DNA from: Candidatus Marinacidobacterales bacterium
GTDB taxonomy: Bacteria > Acidobacteriota > Vicinamibacteria > Marinacidobacterales > SMYC01
DNA length: 64,000 bases
Assembly: GCA_965224085.1 (NCBI GenBank)
Contig: CBDCYI010000004.1
Span: 992,001-1,056,000 of the forward strand
Reading direction: 5' to 3'
Shown here: positions 33,488-45,181 of the stretch, piece by piece
Numbering within the stretch: the first letter of the stretch is position 1
How the letters are laid out: each line of letters starts with the position of its first letter
Notes under the pieces: generated by a model
The model's input: the letters and a program-made list of their open reading frames with translations, nothing else
Databases searched by the model: none
Told to the model about the DNA's origin: nothing
Position numbers and translations under genes: made by a program

Positions 33488-33883
33488 GTGGCAACCGAGC
33501 TCGACGACGTCGTTCGATTCCTGGCCGACTCGCGAGCCGTTGCCGACAAGTTGGATATCCACGCCGCCTACGCGCCGGCTTTGGACACCGTTGGTGACGA
33601 TACCAGGATCGGAGACGATTGCGCCGCCATTCCGGATGGAAGCGGAGGCTCCCTGCTCTTTGCCGCGGAAGGTTTGCTGCAGCGTTTCGTCGTCGACGAC
33701 CCCTGGTTCGCGGGCTACAGCGCCGTGATGGTCAACCTCAGCGACGTCGCCGCCATGGGCGGACGCTCGCTGGCGATCGTCGACGTCATCTGGACGCCGG
33801 ATATGAACGAAAGCTCGGCGGTGTGGGACGGTATGAAAGAGGCAGCGGACGCGTATCGCATCCCGATCGTGGGAGGACACACG
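33488..33883 (+). pseudogene. nitF: Sll0787-family AIR-synthase-like protein, N-terminal half
   Basis: IGDDCAAIPDG, PWFAGYSAVMVNLSDVAAMGG; ends at IVGGHT followed by unrelated sequence. Confidence 0.82.
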
Positions 33884-33978
33884 ATCTCCGGGAGCCGCAT
33901 CGAAGCTCGAGAGCAACCGGCTTGCCTTCCCCAGGACGGCGGTCGCGAGATAGACCGGGCCCGGCTCGCGCGTGAGGG

Positions 33979-34977
33979 TACGTTCTCGCGAGCTGCGGCA
34001 GCGCAGTTCGCTTTTGGAGCTCGCATGGATGGCGATCGCGACGTGATCTCGAAGCGACGACTCCGAACCATTCCCACTGCCTGAACTTCTATCATCCCGA
34101 AATGCAGGAAGTGATGATTGCCGCTGCGGAAAAGGCCGGTGCCGAAATCCGGCGCGGGGCGAAGGTTGTGGGAGTCGAGCCTGGAGCTCCGCCGAAGGTG
34201 AACGTATCCGCCGGCGAGACTCTAGAGGCCCGGCTAGTCGTGGGCGCCGATGGAAGAACGTCGAAAGTACGGGAATGGCTCGGGCTCGAGCGCAAACGCG
34301 ATCCGGAGCGTCTCATGGTCGTGGGCACCCTCTTGAGTGACACGAACGTGCCAGAAGAGTCGGTGCATATCCTCCGAAAATCGGATCAAGGCGAGGGAGT
34401 CTTGCTCTTCCCTCTCGGTGAAGGCCGGCTACGTGCGTATTTCATTTACCGCAAGACGGGCGAGCGCCGGGGTCTCAGCGGTGCGGCTCAAGTGCCCCGT
34501 TTCATCGACTTGCTACTGGGGCTCGACGTCCCGAGAGAGTGGATCGAGGACGCCAAGTCCGCCGGTCCTCTGGCCGAGTTCGACGGCTGCGACACGTGGG
34601 TCGAGCATCCACACAAGGACGGCGTCGTGCTCGTCGGCGATGCCTCGGGCGCGAACGATCCGTCTTGGGGCAACGGTTTGTCCCACACGCTCCACGACGT
34701 GCGCATCCTCAGAGATCAGCTCCTCGCGAACGAAGATTGGAGTCGTGCCGGGGACGAGTACGCCAAGGCATCGAGCGCCGATCTGAGAGCGCTCCGCAAC
34801 ATCACCGGGTGGCTCACCGACATCCTCTACGAGGTCGGCCCCGAGGCGGAAGCCAGACGGGAAAAAGCGTTCCCGCTCATCAGAAGCGACAAGAGCCGGT
34901 CTCCCGACTTCATTGCTCTCGGGCCGAAAGCACCGCACGACGAGACCGCCCGACGCCGTCTCTTCGGGGAGGAGTGA
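33979..34977 (+). pseudogene. FAD-dependent monooxygenase lacking the N-terminal GxGxxG region
   Basis: ARLVVGADGRTS and VVLVGDASG.NDPSWGNG. The frame extends upstream of ATG 34102 (RDLEATTP...FYHPEMQE) to about 33979, with no Rossmann start. Confidence 0.75.
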
Positions 34978-35228
34978 CGGACCCAGACTCATGCCCGATA
35001 GCCAAGAGCCGCCGCCCTTTGCCAAGCTCCATCAACTGAGCACGGGTGTCTCGTCCTCGTGGAGATGGTGTTCCCCGCGGGGGACGAACCGATTTTCCGC
35101 AAGCTCCTCGACCTCGAGAGGCTTCGTGAGCGTCGGCGGACGGGAGCGGACCGAAGAAGAATAACGAGAGCTTTCTCGCTCAGGCCGGAAGATTGCGAAC
35201 GAGGCTGGTAGGGTCCAGCAAATGAGCG

Positions 35229-36234
35229 TCAGGATGAACGTGCCCTCCAAGGCCCCGAGAAGAAGCCCCGCGACGCCAGCGAAGATATAGTGCGTCCCCA
35301 AATCCAGCGCCGCCTCGACACCGGCGGCAACTGCACCGTCCATCGCTCGCCCCGCCGGTACACACCCAAAGTTCCGTAGTGTTGATAACCGGGCTCCCCG
35401 TGCTCCGCGAGCACCAGCCGGGCGATCTCGCCGCTCGTGAAAAAAATCACGTCATGCCAGAAGCGCTCGGGTTCTTCACCGCCCACCGCCTGGAACGCGT
35501 CGCGCGGCCGGGCGCGAAGCGGTTGCTCGAGCGGATCGGTGTGCGATGCCTCATGGAAGATCATTTTGAGACCTTGCGGCATCTGGTTGCCGCGCGGAAC
35601 GCTCGAGATCGTAAGGCGCCCGCCGGTGGAATACGCACCCACGGCATTGGCGTAGACCATAACGTCGACGGGGATGGTCGTGTCGGGCCAACTGCCGCCG
35701 TACGCCGCGTCGAAGCGGGCGATCATCTGCTCCTCGACGGCACCGAGGGTTGGGAAGACCGACTCGATCCATGTCCGGTTCCGGGCATCGTGCGCCGGCC
35801 ACCAGTGACGCTCGAAGATAGGGCGCGCGAGCTCGACCGCGTCGGCAAGCGGCCGGTCCGCAGTGGGGATGGCGTCGCGAGGCCCTGCTCCTGCGGCCCA
35901 GTCGCGCGCGGCCACCAGGCCTTCGTCGAACAGCAGGCTCCGGCCGAGCGTCGCGGCATAGCTCTCGACGGCTGCTGACCACGCACGCTGTTCCTGCGCG
36001 TCGAGCACGGATTGCCAATCGTCGCGCTCGGCGAGCTGCACTGCATAAGGCGGCCACTCGCCGGCTTCGGCACTCGCCCAATCAATGAGAAAGTGGTGAA
36101 GGGCAACGCGGGGTTCGCTGCGGAGCTCGAACCCTGCCGTCGCCGCGACCGACCACACTGGCCTGCTGCGCCGCTGTTGCTCCATCGGATTGGAACCCGA
36201 CCGTCAAACCGACGACGATTGCGAGAAATGCCAT
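35229..36234 (-). pseudogene. Secreted HExxH-containing hypothetical protein, frameshifted with altered C-terminus
   Basis: Signal-like MAFLAIVVGLTVG (ATG 36234) is in a different frame from the body; IFHEASH motif; C-terminus joins an unrelated membrane fragment near 35320. Confidence 0.5.
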
Positions 36235-36363
36235 CACTCCTCCATTGCGAACGCAGTATACAACATGGTTACAGGCGTTGGTGCTAAATCGAAAGTGCCG
36301 ACCAAGATCAGGAGAGCGGTTTTGTTGACTTGCAACACGCGCGTCGACTATGTTTCTTAGCTT

Positions 36364-37902
36364 ATGCCGGACTCCAAGATTCGTCGCTCGTCGTCGCCTC
36401 CGCAGTCCCCTCGCGGCTCGGTCAAGCTCACCCGGCGCCAGCTTCTCGCCGGCGCCGGCGCCGCGGCTCTCCTTCTCGAGCAACGCGGCCTCGAGGCTCA
36501 GGCGACGTCGAGCGGGACCGTCGTCTTCTCTCATACAACCGTGGTGAATGTCGATGCCGTTCAACACGACATGGCGCTTGCTGTCGAAGGCGACAAGATC
36601 GTGGCGATCGGCCATACCGACGCCATCCTTGAAACGTATCGCCAAGCGGAGGTCTACGACGGACGGGGGAAAGCCCTCCTCCCGGGCCTCATCAATTGCC
36701 ATGCCCATCTCGCGGCGACCCTCGCTCGTGGTTTCAACGAGGACTTCGGATTCCCCAACAGCTATCGCCTGGACATCCGGCCTAGAAGTCTCCTTTCCGA
36801 AGAGGAGGCCACGCTGATGGCAGTGATGGGTGCTCTGGAATCCATACGGGGCGGGGTCACTACGGTTGTGGAGTATACCGGCGCCATCGGCCGGTCGGCA
36901 GCGGCGTTGGCGGACACGGGCCTGCGCTGGGTGTTCGCGGAGTCCGTCCGCGACGTCGAGAACGGTGCTGGTCCTTTGTCCGCGGAGAGCCTCGCCCAGA
37001 GCGAAGCCCCCAGGTTCTCTCCCAAGTTGCGAGAGGAGGGCTTAGAGAGCGCCCACGACTTGTTCGCCAATTGGCACGGCGCGAGGCAGGGACGCATCAG
37101 CGTTTTCCCGACAACGGCGCTCGCCGAGGACTCATCGCCCGAGCTCCTGCACGCCGTCCGCGACTTCGCGGAGAAGAACGATCTCGGATACACGATCCAC
37201 TTGGCCCAGAGTACCTGGGAGGTGGAATACATGCTGCGACACCACGGCCTTCGCCCTTCGGAGTATCTCGCCAAGCACGACTTCCTCGGCCCCCGGCTGT
37301 TTGCGGCGCACTGCCGCTACGTCGACGATTCCGAGATCGCGTTGCTTGGCCGCTCCGGCACGATCATTTCGCATCAGGCTCACATGGCAGCGAACCGAGG
37401 GGTCATCCCGCCCATCGCCGCCCTACGAGCGGCGGGCTGCCCCATCGCTCAGGGCACCGACAACAATACTAACGACATGCTGGAGACCATGCGGATCGCT
37501 CTGGTAACGGAACGCATCCAGCGCGACGATGCGACACCCGGTAGCCAGCCTCAGCCAGAAGACATGCTCGCAGACACAGTACAAGGGGGCGCGCGAGCCG
37601 TGCGGCAGGAAGCTCTCCTCGGCTCGCTCGAGGTCGGCAAGAAGGCAGACCTCATTGTCCTGGACACTCAGCGGGCCCACCTCGTACCGGCGGGGCGCAT
37701 CTTGTCCGCGTGGATCAACAACGGTCAACCGTCCGATGTCGAGTCGGTCCTGGTCGATGGCGAGTTCGTCATGCGCGACCGCAAGATTCTCACGGTGGAT
37801 GAGGCAAGCCTCATCGCCGAAGCCGACAAGATTGGGCGGCGGATCTGGAGTCAGGTGGAGGCAGCCAGCCCTGTTACGGTGCCGCGCCTACCGCGCTCGT
37901 AG
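36364..37902 (+). CDS. TAT-exported amidohydrolase (MtaD/Atz-like deaminase family)
   Basis: LTRRQLLAG TAT motif; PGLINCHAH, IHLAQ, AAHC, GTDN, GSLEVGKKAD. Confidence 0.88.
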   Translation: MPDSKIRRSSSPPQSPRGSVKLTRRQLLAGAGAAALLLEQRGLEAQATSSGTVVFSHTTVVNVDAVQHDMALAVEGDKIVAIGHTDAILETYRQAEVYDGRGKALLPGLINCHAHLAATLARGFNEDFGFPNSYRLDIRPRSLLSEEEATLMAVMGALESIRGGVTTVVEYTGAIGRSAAALADTGLRWVFAESVRDVENGAGPLSAESLAQSEAPRFSPKLREEGLESAHDLFANWHGARQGRISVFPTTALAEDSSPELLHAVRDFAEKNDLGYTIHLAQSTWEVEYMLRHHGLRPSEYLAKHDFLGPRLFAAHCRYVDDSEIALLGRSGTIISHQAHMAANRGVIPPIAALRAAGCPIAQGTDNNTNDMLETMRIALVTERIQRDDATPGSQPQPEDMLADTVQGGARAVRQEALLGSLEVGKKADLIVLDTQRAHLVPAGRILSAWINNGQPSDVESVLVDGEFVMRDRKILTVDEASLIAEADKIGRRIWSQVEAASPVTVPRLPRS

Positions 37903-37911
37903 CGTTCCCCG

Positions 37912-38040
37912 ATCGACAACACCGGTCCCGAGCTGAACGCGGTCATCACGCTGAATCCGGACGCGCTCGAGAGGGGGCGTGCTCTCGATGCCGAGCGGAG
38001 GAGCCGCGGGCCGCGCTCTCCCCTTCGCGGGATCCCGGTC
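37912..38040 (+). pseudogene. Amidase N-terminal fragment
   Basis: IDNTGPELNAVITLNPDALE.G.ALDAERR..GPRSPLRGIPV, cut at both ends. Confidence 0.65.
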
Positions 38041-40085
38041 AGCCGGAACGCAGCCATTTCTTCCCTGTTGCGAACCAGCAGGAGATCGCCGACAAGGACC
38101 GGCTGGTTCCACGTCTTGCCTTCGATTGCCGGGAACCGCGCGAGCTCCGTGAACTGGTTGGCGGCCGCCGCGACCAACGCCAGCTCACCTTGCTCGGACA
38201 CCACCAGCAGCAAGTCCTGGTCGGGCAAGAGCACGAGCTGGCCGCTGCCGTAGCGTCCGCCCTTCCACTTGCGCTTGCCGTCCTCGACGTCCATGCACGC
38301 GAGGATGCGGCCGTCGAAGCCGAAGGCATGGCCTTCGTGAACGACGAAGGCGCTGAAGGAGGGCTTCAGACGGTTCGACGTCCAGCGTTCTTCGATGGTC
38401 CGCTGATCATGCTGATCAGGACGTCGCCGTCCGCGGTCAGTGCCGGCTGCACAATGCCGACGCCCGGCCACGCGTGCTCCCAGACAAGCGTGCCATCGGC
38501 CGGCGCGACGCTGGTCGCGCCGGAATGGCTCATCAGCAGGATCTGGGCGATTCCATCGAGCGTCACTAGATCCATCCGCCGGGTTCGTGCGCGATCGCGA
38601 TGCGACGCGTGCCGATTGGAACGGCGCTGTCAGAGCGCCGTCACGGGCGTCGAGCGCGTTCAGGATTCCGGTCGCACCGAATGTGTATACGCGACCGTCG
38701 CTGAGGGCCGGCGTCGCGCGCGGACCGGCGCCGACATGCGAGTCCCAGAACCGGGTCCGGTCGCGGTGCCTCCACACCGGCTCACCGGTCGTCAGTTTGT
38801 AGCAAGCGACGACCTCGTCACCGCCGCGCTGCTCCTGGGTGTAGAGGAGGTCACCGTGGACCGCGAAGGAAGAAACGCCCGGTCCGATGGGCCGGCGCCA
38901 CAGCTCGACCGGCGGCGACTTCGACCAGTCGGTCTCGATCCGCACGCCGGGGATGATGCCGTCGCGATCGGGTCCGCGAAAGCCGGGCCAGTCAGCTCCA
39001 TTCTTCGCCGTTGCCGGAGCTGACGGGAGCGCCGCCGGCTCTTGTATCAAGTCGGGCATCACGTCCGGGGCTTTGGCCAAGAGCCGCTCCTCGGCGGTCT
39101 CCGCCCACCGCCACGCGAACTCCGCAGCGCCATCGCCGGTTATGCCCTTGCTCCGGACGAGCGTAAACACGCCGCACGCGAGCAGGATCGTCGCGACCAT
39201 CGGTGGCGCCGAACGTGTAGACGCGACCGTCTCTGAGTGTCGGCGTTCCGCGCGGACCAGCGCCGCCGTTAGACTCGTAGAACCGGACCGCGTCGCCGTG
39301 TCGCCACACCGGCTCGCCAGTTCGTGCGTGGTAGCAAGCGACGATCTCTGCGTCACCGCGTTGCTCTTGCGTGTATAGGAGGTCGCCGCTCACCGCGAAA
39401 GACGACCATCCCGGTCGATCGGCCGGCGCCACAGCTCGACGGGTGGCGACTTGGACCAGTCGGTCTCGATGCGCACGCCGGGGATGACGCCGTCGCGCCG
39501 GGGTCCGCGAAATCCAGGCCAGTCGGCTTCCGTTGCGGTCGCCGACGCGGTCGGCTCGGCCATCTCGTCCGGAGCGTGCGCGAGAAGACGCTCTTCCGAA
39601 GTCTTCGACCACCGCCACGCGAAATCCGAATGAACGTCGCCGGTAATGCCGCCCGTCCGGAGGAGCGTCCACACGCCGCACGCGAGCAGGATGGTCGCCG
39701 CCATCGACACCCACCGAGCTCCGCCGGTGCGACGACGCGTGGCCACCGCCCAGGCGACGAACGCGAGGCTCAGGAACGGGATCGCGTACATGTAGAACAA
39801 CATCCCCTGCCCCGCCGTCGCCATCGACACGTCGAGGAATCGCGGTGTTGCCGCGAGTGCTATGACCATAAGGACGACGGCCCCCACCCGCTCGGACCAC
39901 GGCGCGCGGCTTACGAACACCCACCACACGACGACGAGCAATCCGCCGGCGAATCCGCTCACTACGCCGAACGGGAGGGCCTCGGGTACGAAATGGGGGA
40001 CGCCGTACCTGGCGACCCACTGCAGAAACACGATGAGCACGCCGGGCCACACCCGGGGCGGTTTCTGAAGAGTCGGTTCGTTCAA
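38040..40085 (-). pseudogene. Chimera of two paralogous membrane-anchored PQQ beta-propeller genes
   Basis: [31 protein letters not shown] occurs twice in diverged form; join near 39203; further internal deletions and frameshifts. Confidence 0.8.
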
Positions 40086-40115
40086 ACCATTCCTCCCGTT
40101 CGATTCGGAACGTGT

Positions 40116-40589
40116 TTATGCGGTGCTCGCGGCGGGCGCTCGCTTCCGCATGACGGCGATAACGATCCCGCCCAGAATCGCCCCGACAACCGTAATCGCA
40201 AGGGTGGTCAGCACCAGATTCTGGAGCGGGATCAGTAGATAGCCTTCGACAGCTGTGATGCCTTCTCCGATCACCCCGCCGTGTTCGACGAGAAACCTGG
40301 GAGCGCTCCACGAGAGGGCGAAAGCCGCCGTGTACGTCAGGGCGACGAGAATGCGGATGAGTAACACGAAGACGGCGAGCGTTTTCAGGAACGCGACGAA
40401 GGGCTTGGCCTCGCCCGACTTCGTGATCTTGACTGCGAAGTAGAACGGTATGAGCAAGCAGAGCCACGCCACCCCGAAGATTTGGTTCAGCCCGTGAGGT
40501 GCCCCAGCCTGCTCTAGGATGATGCGCGCGACCATGATGATCACAGCGATGATGAGAGGGACTTTGATGAGGGATCTAATATCGGTCAC
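40116..40589 (-). CDS. Four-TM hypothetical membrane protein
   Basis: Four hydrophobic segments; AAGGAGG RBS. Confidence 0.7.
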   Translation of the reverse strand: MTDIRSLIKVPLIIAVIIMVARIILEQAGAPHGLNQIFGVAWLCLLIPFYFAVKITKSGEAKPFVAFLKTLAVFVLLIRILVALTYTAAFALSWSAPRFLVEHGGVIGEGITAVEGYLLIPLQNLVLTTLAITVVGAILGGIVIAVMRKRAPAASTA

Positions 40590-40639
40590 TGGACAACCTC
40601 CTTATCCCCACGACGATAGCCGACGCGCCGAAGCGTGGG

Positions 40640-40737
40640 TTCGTATTCCTTCCGGAAGTCGGTGGATGATGTTGTCGCCGTGAGCTTGCGCCAGCCTCAG
40701 CCGCCGCCAGCAGCAAAAGATCCAGATGCTTTTTCAA
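40640..40737 (-). pseudogene. Possible PadR remnant
   Basis: AAGGAG RBS plus TTG start: KKHLDLLLLAA.. then AHG..II..L across a frameshift. Confidence 0.35.
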
Positions 40738-41032
40738 CGTCTCCTTCTCCATACCTCGGGCTACTACACCTCGCTATACGATGTATACCAGAAAAAGGTT
40801 CAGTTTTTCCTCGGCATGCCGTCGCCGATCGGTTCGTGAGCGCCGACCGGTCTCCCGGCCTTCGACGCGACGAGTGGAGCCAGGCTGAAGAGGAGCGCGG
40901 ACAGCCATGCGAGACTGAGCGTGAACCTGGAAACGCCACCGTCAATGGCAACGTCCTTGATGCGGGGGATGGTCTCCAGGCGGAGCGTCGTGTGTACGCC
41001 GAGGTGCGCGAGTCAGGACGCTGGTCGGATCG

Positions 41033-41719
41033 TTGACTGCGATCCTAGTGGCCCATGCTTTGCTACCATCGAAATATGACCCTATTTGTTCGCTTTGTTG
41101 CGTTGCCACCGCCGCGCTGGTCTTCGCGGGAGAAGCGCACGACTGGAGCCTGGTCCCCGAGAAACGTGCCGGTCCGATCACGGTGACGACCGATCGTGCG
41201 GAGCTCGTGCGAATCTTCGGCGCCGACCAAGTGCAGGATCGCCCGTTTTACGTCGCTGAAGGGTTTTGCGTTCCCGGGGCTGTGATCCTGGCGGGAACGG
41301 CGGACGAGGCCGACATCGCCTGGCGTGACGGCGGCCCGGGCGTGGCGTGGGTACGGGTTACGCAACCCGATGGGCGTTGGGTGACGACCGCAGGCATTCG
41401 CGTCGGGACCACGCTCGCGGAGCTCGAGCGCCTGAACAGCGGTCCGTTCATGTTCTCCGGCTTCGGGTGGGTCTATGGTGGCGGTATCGGCGGGTGGAAC
41501 GGCGGGAGGCTCGACGAGACACAGGGCACTGGGATCGGGGTGCGGCTCGACGCTGACAACGACGCGGTCACGATGCTGAGCCGCGAAGGCGCTGTCGACG
41601 AGTTGTTCGGCGACCAGACCGTGCGTTCGGACCATCCCTTGGCTCGGCGTGCCGGTATCCGGGTCACGACTCTCCTAGTCCGGCTGAGCGCCCCACCGGA
41701 CGAAGAGCCGTGCGAGTGA
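41033..41719 (+). CDS. Secreted hypothetical protein
   Basis: Hydrophobic N-terminus; GIRVGTTLAELERLN.GPF.FSGFGW.YGG conserved-looking block; start uncertain. Confidence 0.6.
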   Translation: MTAILVAHALLPSKYDPICSLCCVATAALVFAGEAHDWSLVPEKRAGPITVTTDRAELVRIFGADQVQDRPFYVAEGFCVPGAVILAGTADEADIAWRDGGPGVAWVRVTQPDGRWVTTAGIRVGTTLAELERLNSGPFMFSGFGWVYGGGIGGWNGGRLDETQGTGIGVRLDADNDAVTMLSREGAVDELFGDQTVRSDHPLARRAGIRVTTLLVRLSAPPDEEPCE

Positions 41720-41926
41720 ATTAGAAAGGAGCCGGTGGAACGCGACGCACTTGGCCGGCGCCGCATCGCGCAGCAAGGGCGACGTCGCGAGTTCGGAATG
41801 TGAATAAACGTTCTGGGAGTAGCGATAGCGCGTCGCGAATCGGCGTGATCGGAATAACCCGAAGTCGAGGGCCCAGACGTGGTCGCCTGACCCCAGCCTC
41901 TGCTCGACCCTGCCAAGTGGCTTCCA

Positions 41927-42980
41927 TCACTTCCCTTTTGCGAGATATCTCTCGTACGCTGCGAGCGACGAGCCGAAGCTGTCGCGGCCAAAGCCAAACC
42001 GCACATGGGTGTCGCTATATCCGAGAAAAGAGCTCGGTAGCAGAACGATCCCGGCTTCCTTGGCGAGCGTATGGCAATATTCCTTCGCGGACGCCACGTC
42101 CACGCCGACGAGGGCGACCGAGCCTGCTTGCGGCCTTCGCCAGTCGAAGAAGCCCGCATGCTGCTCGAAGAAGGCGTCGGCGAGGGCGACATTAGTGTGA
42201 AGTCGCCTCGAGTTGCGCTCGACGAGCTTGTCGCGCGCTTCGAGAGCCGCCATCGCGAGTGTTTCTGACGGAGCCGGCGGGCAAATGCTCGTGTAATATT
42301 TCCAGTTCAAAAGGTTGTCGTAGAGCTCACGGTCACGCGCGACGAGCCACCCGAAACGTAGGCCCGGCAAGCCGTAGGTCTTCGATAGCCCAGACAAGAC
42401 GATGGCACGCTCGTAGTGATCCGCCGCCGATGGCAGCATAGAAGCGCCATCGAGCTCGAGCCCGCGATACATCTCGTCGCTGAAAAGCCAGAGGCCCTTT
42501 TCACGCACGCGCTCGAGGATCTGGTAGTACTGCGTCTCGGTCGGTAGAAAGCCCGTCGGGTTTTGTGGGAAGTTGATCACGAGGAGCTTCGTGGGTGGTT
42601 TTAGGAGCGCGTCCAGCTTGTCGAAGTCCAGCGCCCATCCACCTTCGACGGGCTCGAGCATCCAGAACTCGACGTTGCCTGAGACGTGCGCGGGTATGTT
42701 GTGCAAAGCGTCGTAGCACGGCCCAACAACGACGGCGCGTTCGCCAGGCTCCAGGAGCTCCTCCATCGCGATGTAGATGCCTTCGATGGGCGCGCTGAGC
42801 TCTAGGATGGCTTCCGCGTCCACGTGCTCGTAGCCCGCCGCGATCGCGGCTCGGAGCTCCAGGCGGCCCCGCGACTCGGTGTAGCCAAGACGCGTTCGAC
42901 CTAGATCCTCCATGGTTCGCCCGGCGAGCGCCAAAAGCTCCACGATGCTGACGGTCTCGCAGTCAAGGTGCGATTCTCAT
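41927..42980 (-). pseudogene. Class I/II PLP aminotransferase with small N-terminal deletion
   Basis: NFPQNPTG, FSDEMYRG, GLSKTYGLPGLRFGW. Native-looking start MRIAP (42980) is joined out of frame to DCETVSI. Confidence 0.8.
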
Positions 42981-43217
42981 GACGTGTAAGTCTATCTTGC
43001 TCGACTCGAGGCGCGCCCTACGATCGATGCGTACGTTCGTCGACAAACGCGCGGAAACGTCTCAACTCGACGCTTAGAGCTCCCGTTTCGCTAGAGGTTT
43101 CTTTTGCTGTCGAACGGGTCGGAGCCGACGTTACCGAGTAGGCGGACGGCGATAGAGCTCGAACCCCCATTTGCGTTCTCAACAAGCGGGCTATAGGGTC
43201 CCGATCTTGGAGGGGGA

Positions 43218-43574
43218 ATGACGTCGGCTAAAGTACTCCAGAAGTGGTACACGCGTGCGATCGGGATCTTCTTCCTACTCGTGTTCCTGAGCCTTGTCGC
43301 CGACTTCCGGGAGTTTGGGCACCGGGCCGAGACGTGGCACAAGATCTTTCACTGCCTCGTCGGAGCAGGAGTCCTCACCTTCGGCTGGAACAACGAAGGC
43401 TTCTGGCGACCCTTCTGCATCATCAACGGATCGTTCTTTGTTTTCGTCGCGGCCTTCGGATGGGTATTTCCTGACTTCGGCGGACTCGATGCCTTCAATC
43501 GACTCGACACGACTCTTCACAGTATGGTTGGTAGTTTGGGGCTCTTGATCGGATTACTCGGGAGCCAACGCTAA
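43218..43574 (+). CDS. Small membrane protein (DUF4383-like)
   Basis: Four TMs with H..FH and D..LH motifs. Confidence 0.55.
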   Translation: MTSAKVLQKWYTRAIGIFFLLVFLSLVADFREFGHRAETWHKIFHCLVGAGVLTFGWNNEGFWRPFCIINGSFFVFVAAFGWVFPDFGGLDAFNRLDTTLHSMVGSLGLLIGLLGSQR

Positions 43575-43582
43575 CGTAGGAG

Positions 43583-43950
43583 ATGATGCAAAACTGGAAG
43601 CTCTTTCCGCTGCTTGCTTGCGCCGGCTGCTACGGACAAACGACGACTCCCGGCCCTGCGACCGTGATTTCGCGACGATCGCATCGTCTTGCTCGAGCGG
43701 GCGCTTATGCAAGAAGCCGATCTTTGGGTCGTGCCGGCCGATCTGCCTCGGGTCAACGGATTCGAGCTCAAGCCCGAAGGCGCGTGTCTGGAAGCTCGGT
43801 GCGTACCGGCCTCGGAGGACGGGGTGGACCCCTTGCGCGCGCCTGGCTCGAGCGGTTGTCGCCGCACCGGAGCGCCGCATTTGGAGCCTCGGTCCAATTG
43901 CGCTCGCGCGACGCGCTTACTACGATTCGGCTATTGCCCCGGACTTCGAC
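43583..43950 (+). pseudogene. N-terminal part of a redoxin (AhpC/TSA, TlpA-like) protein
   Basis: LWV...DL...NGFELKPEGAC....CVP; stops right after APDF, where the redoxin domain would start; frameshifted. Confidence 0.55.
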
Positions 43951-44070
43951 GTACTGGAGAGGACACTAGGACACCTTAGCGTCACGCTCTATTCGGGCGC
44001 GACCACGACGTCGTAGTGCTCGAACTCGCACGTGCGGTAACCGCGCCAAGGCGCGCCGGTATCACGAGAG

Positions 44071-44553
44071 GTGGGGAAGAGCTCGATGGATTGGCTGTTG
44101 CCGTTTCTGGGTTTCGTAATCGCTGTGCTCATCCTGCTGCTCCTCCAAAGCCGCCTCGATGTCGAAAACCGTGCCGCGCGCCGCTTCGAGCTCTGGCGCG
44201 AGCGCGAGCTCGAAACGCGCGTCACGGAGCTCCTCGATCATTGGAAGCTCGAAGCAGAGTCCGATATCCGTCGCGACGCCGTCGAGCGCAGCCGCGCCGT
44301 TGTTATCGGTAAAGTGAGCGAGCATCTCGCGCCATGGATCGGGGAATTTCCTTACAACCCGAAGGACGTACGCTTCCTCGGAACCCCAGTGGACCTCATC
44401 GTGTTCGATGGACTGGACGAGGACGCACTCGAGGAAATCGTCTTCGTCGCAGTCAAGACCGGGCCGTCCGCCAATCTGACGAAGCGCGAACGACGATTGC
44501 GGGACGCTGTAAACAACGGCCGGGTGCGATGGGAAGAGCTGAGGCTCGACTAG
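44071..44553 (+). CDS. Holliday-junction-resolvase-like endonuclease (Endonuc_Holl) with N-terminal TM
   Basis: SRAV..GKVSEHLAP...FPYNPKD.RFLG.PVD.IVFDGL...IVFV.VKTG. Confidence 0.85.
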   Translation: MGKSSMDWLLPFLGFVIAVLILLLLQSRLDVENRAARRFELWRERELETRVTELLDHWKLEAESDIRRDAVERSRAVVIGKVSEHLAPWIGEFPYNPKDVRFLGTPVDLIVFDGLDEDALEEIVFVAVKTGPSANLTKRERRLRDAVNNGRVRWEELRLD

Positions 44554-44740
44554 TGCTCGAACGCGCTAGTCGAACGGGATAGGCATGATCACGATTTTTT
44601 CACCCCGGCGCGACTCGGCACAACTACTGCAATCAGGAACGTTGCGTCGCTTTTGTCGTATCTATTGGTGCAATCTTCCCGCATGGTATCATGACAACGC
44701 CCCCGGGAGCTTGGGTTTTTGCAGGAGGAGGTTGAATCAG

Positions 44741-45145
44741 ATGGCGAACGATTCGGAGGTCGCTAACAAGAACGACCGCATTCCGGGGATTGACTACGAC
44801 CCTGGCAACAAGAAGGGCCCGGCCTCTTACTCGATGATCGAGCCACGCTTGAAGAACATCTATGCGCAGTTCTACAAAGAGACCTACTACACGGACAAAA
44901 AGGTCTTGGATGCAAAGACCCAAGAGCTCATCGCTTTGGCGTGCTCGTTGGTTGCGAAGTGCGATGGCTGCATAGAAGGGCATATCAAAAAGGCGCTCAA
45001 GGAAGGCGCGACCAGGGAAGAGATCAGCGAGTGTATCGTGATCGCGGTCGGGATCAACGCGGCAGCGATCGTGGACATGACCGACAAAGCGGCGGCGAAG
45101 CTGGAATTGAACCACTTCCCTGCCGGGTCGGGCCGCAAGACTTAG
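44741..45145 (+). CDS. Carboxymuconolactone decarboxylase/AhpD-family protein
   Basis: LDAKTQELIALA.S...CDGCIEGH..KA..EGATREEI.E; AGGAGG RBS. Confidence 0.85.
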   Translation: MANDSEVANKNDRIPGIDYDPGNKKGPASYSMIEPRLKNIYAQFYKETYYTDKKVLDAKTQELIALACSLVAKCDGCIEGHIKKALKEGATREEISECIVIAVGINAAAIVDMTDKAAAKLELNHFPAGSGRKT

Positions 45146-45181
45146 GGCCCGACACGGCATCCGCTGCGAGCTATCCGTGAG

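Noticed and set aside
43583-44016. Second selenoprotein (redoxin)
   Set aside because: The gene is cut at APDF before any CxxC/UxxC site, so Sec cannot be assessed
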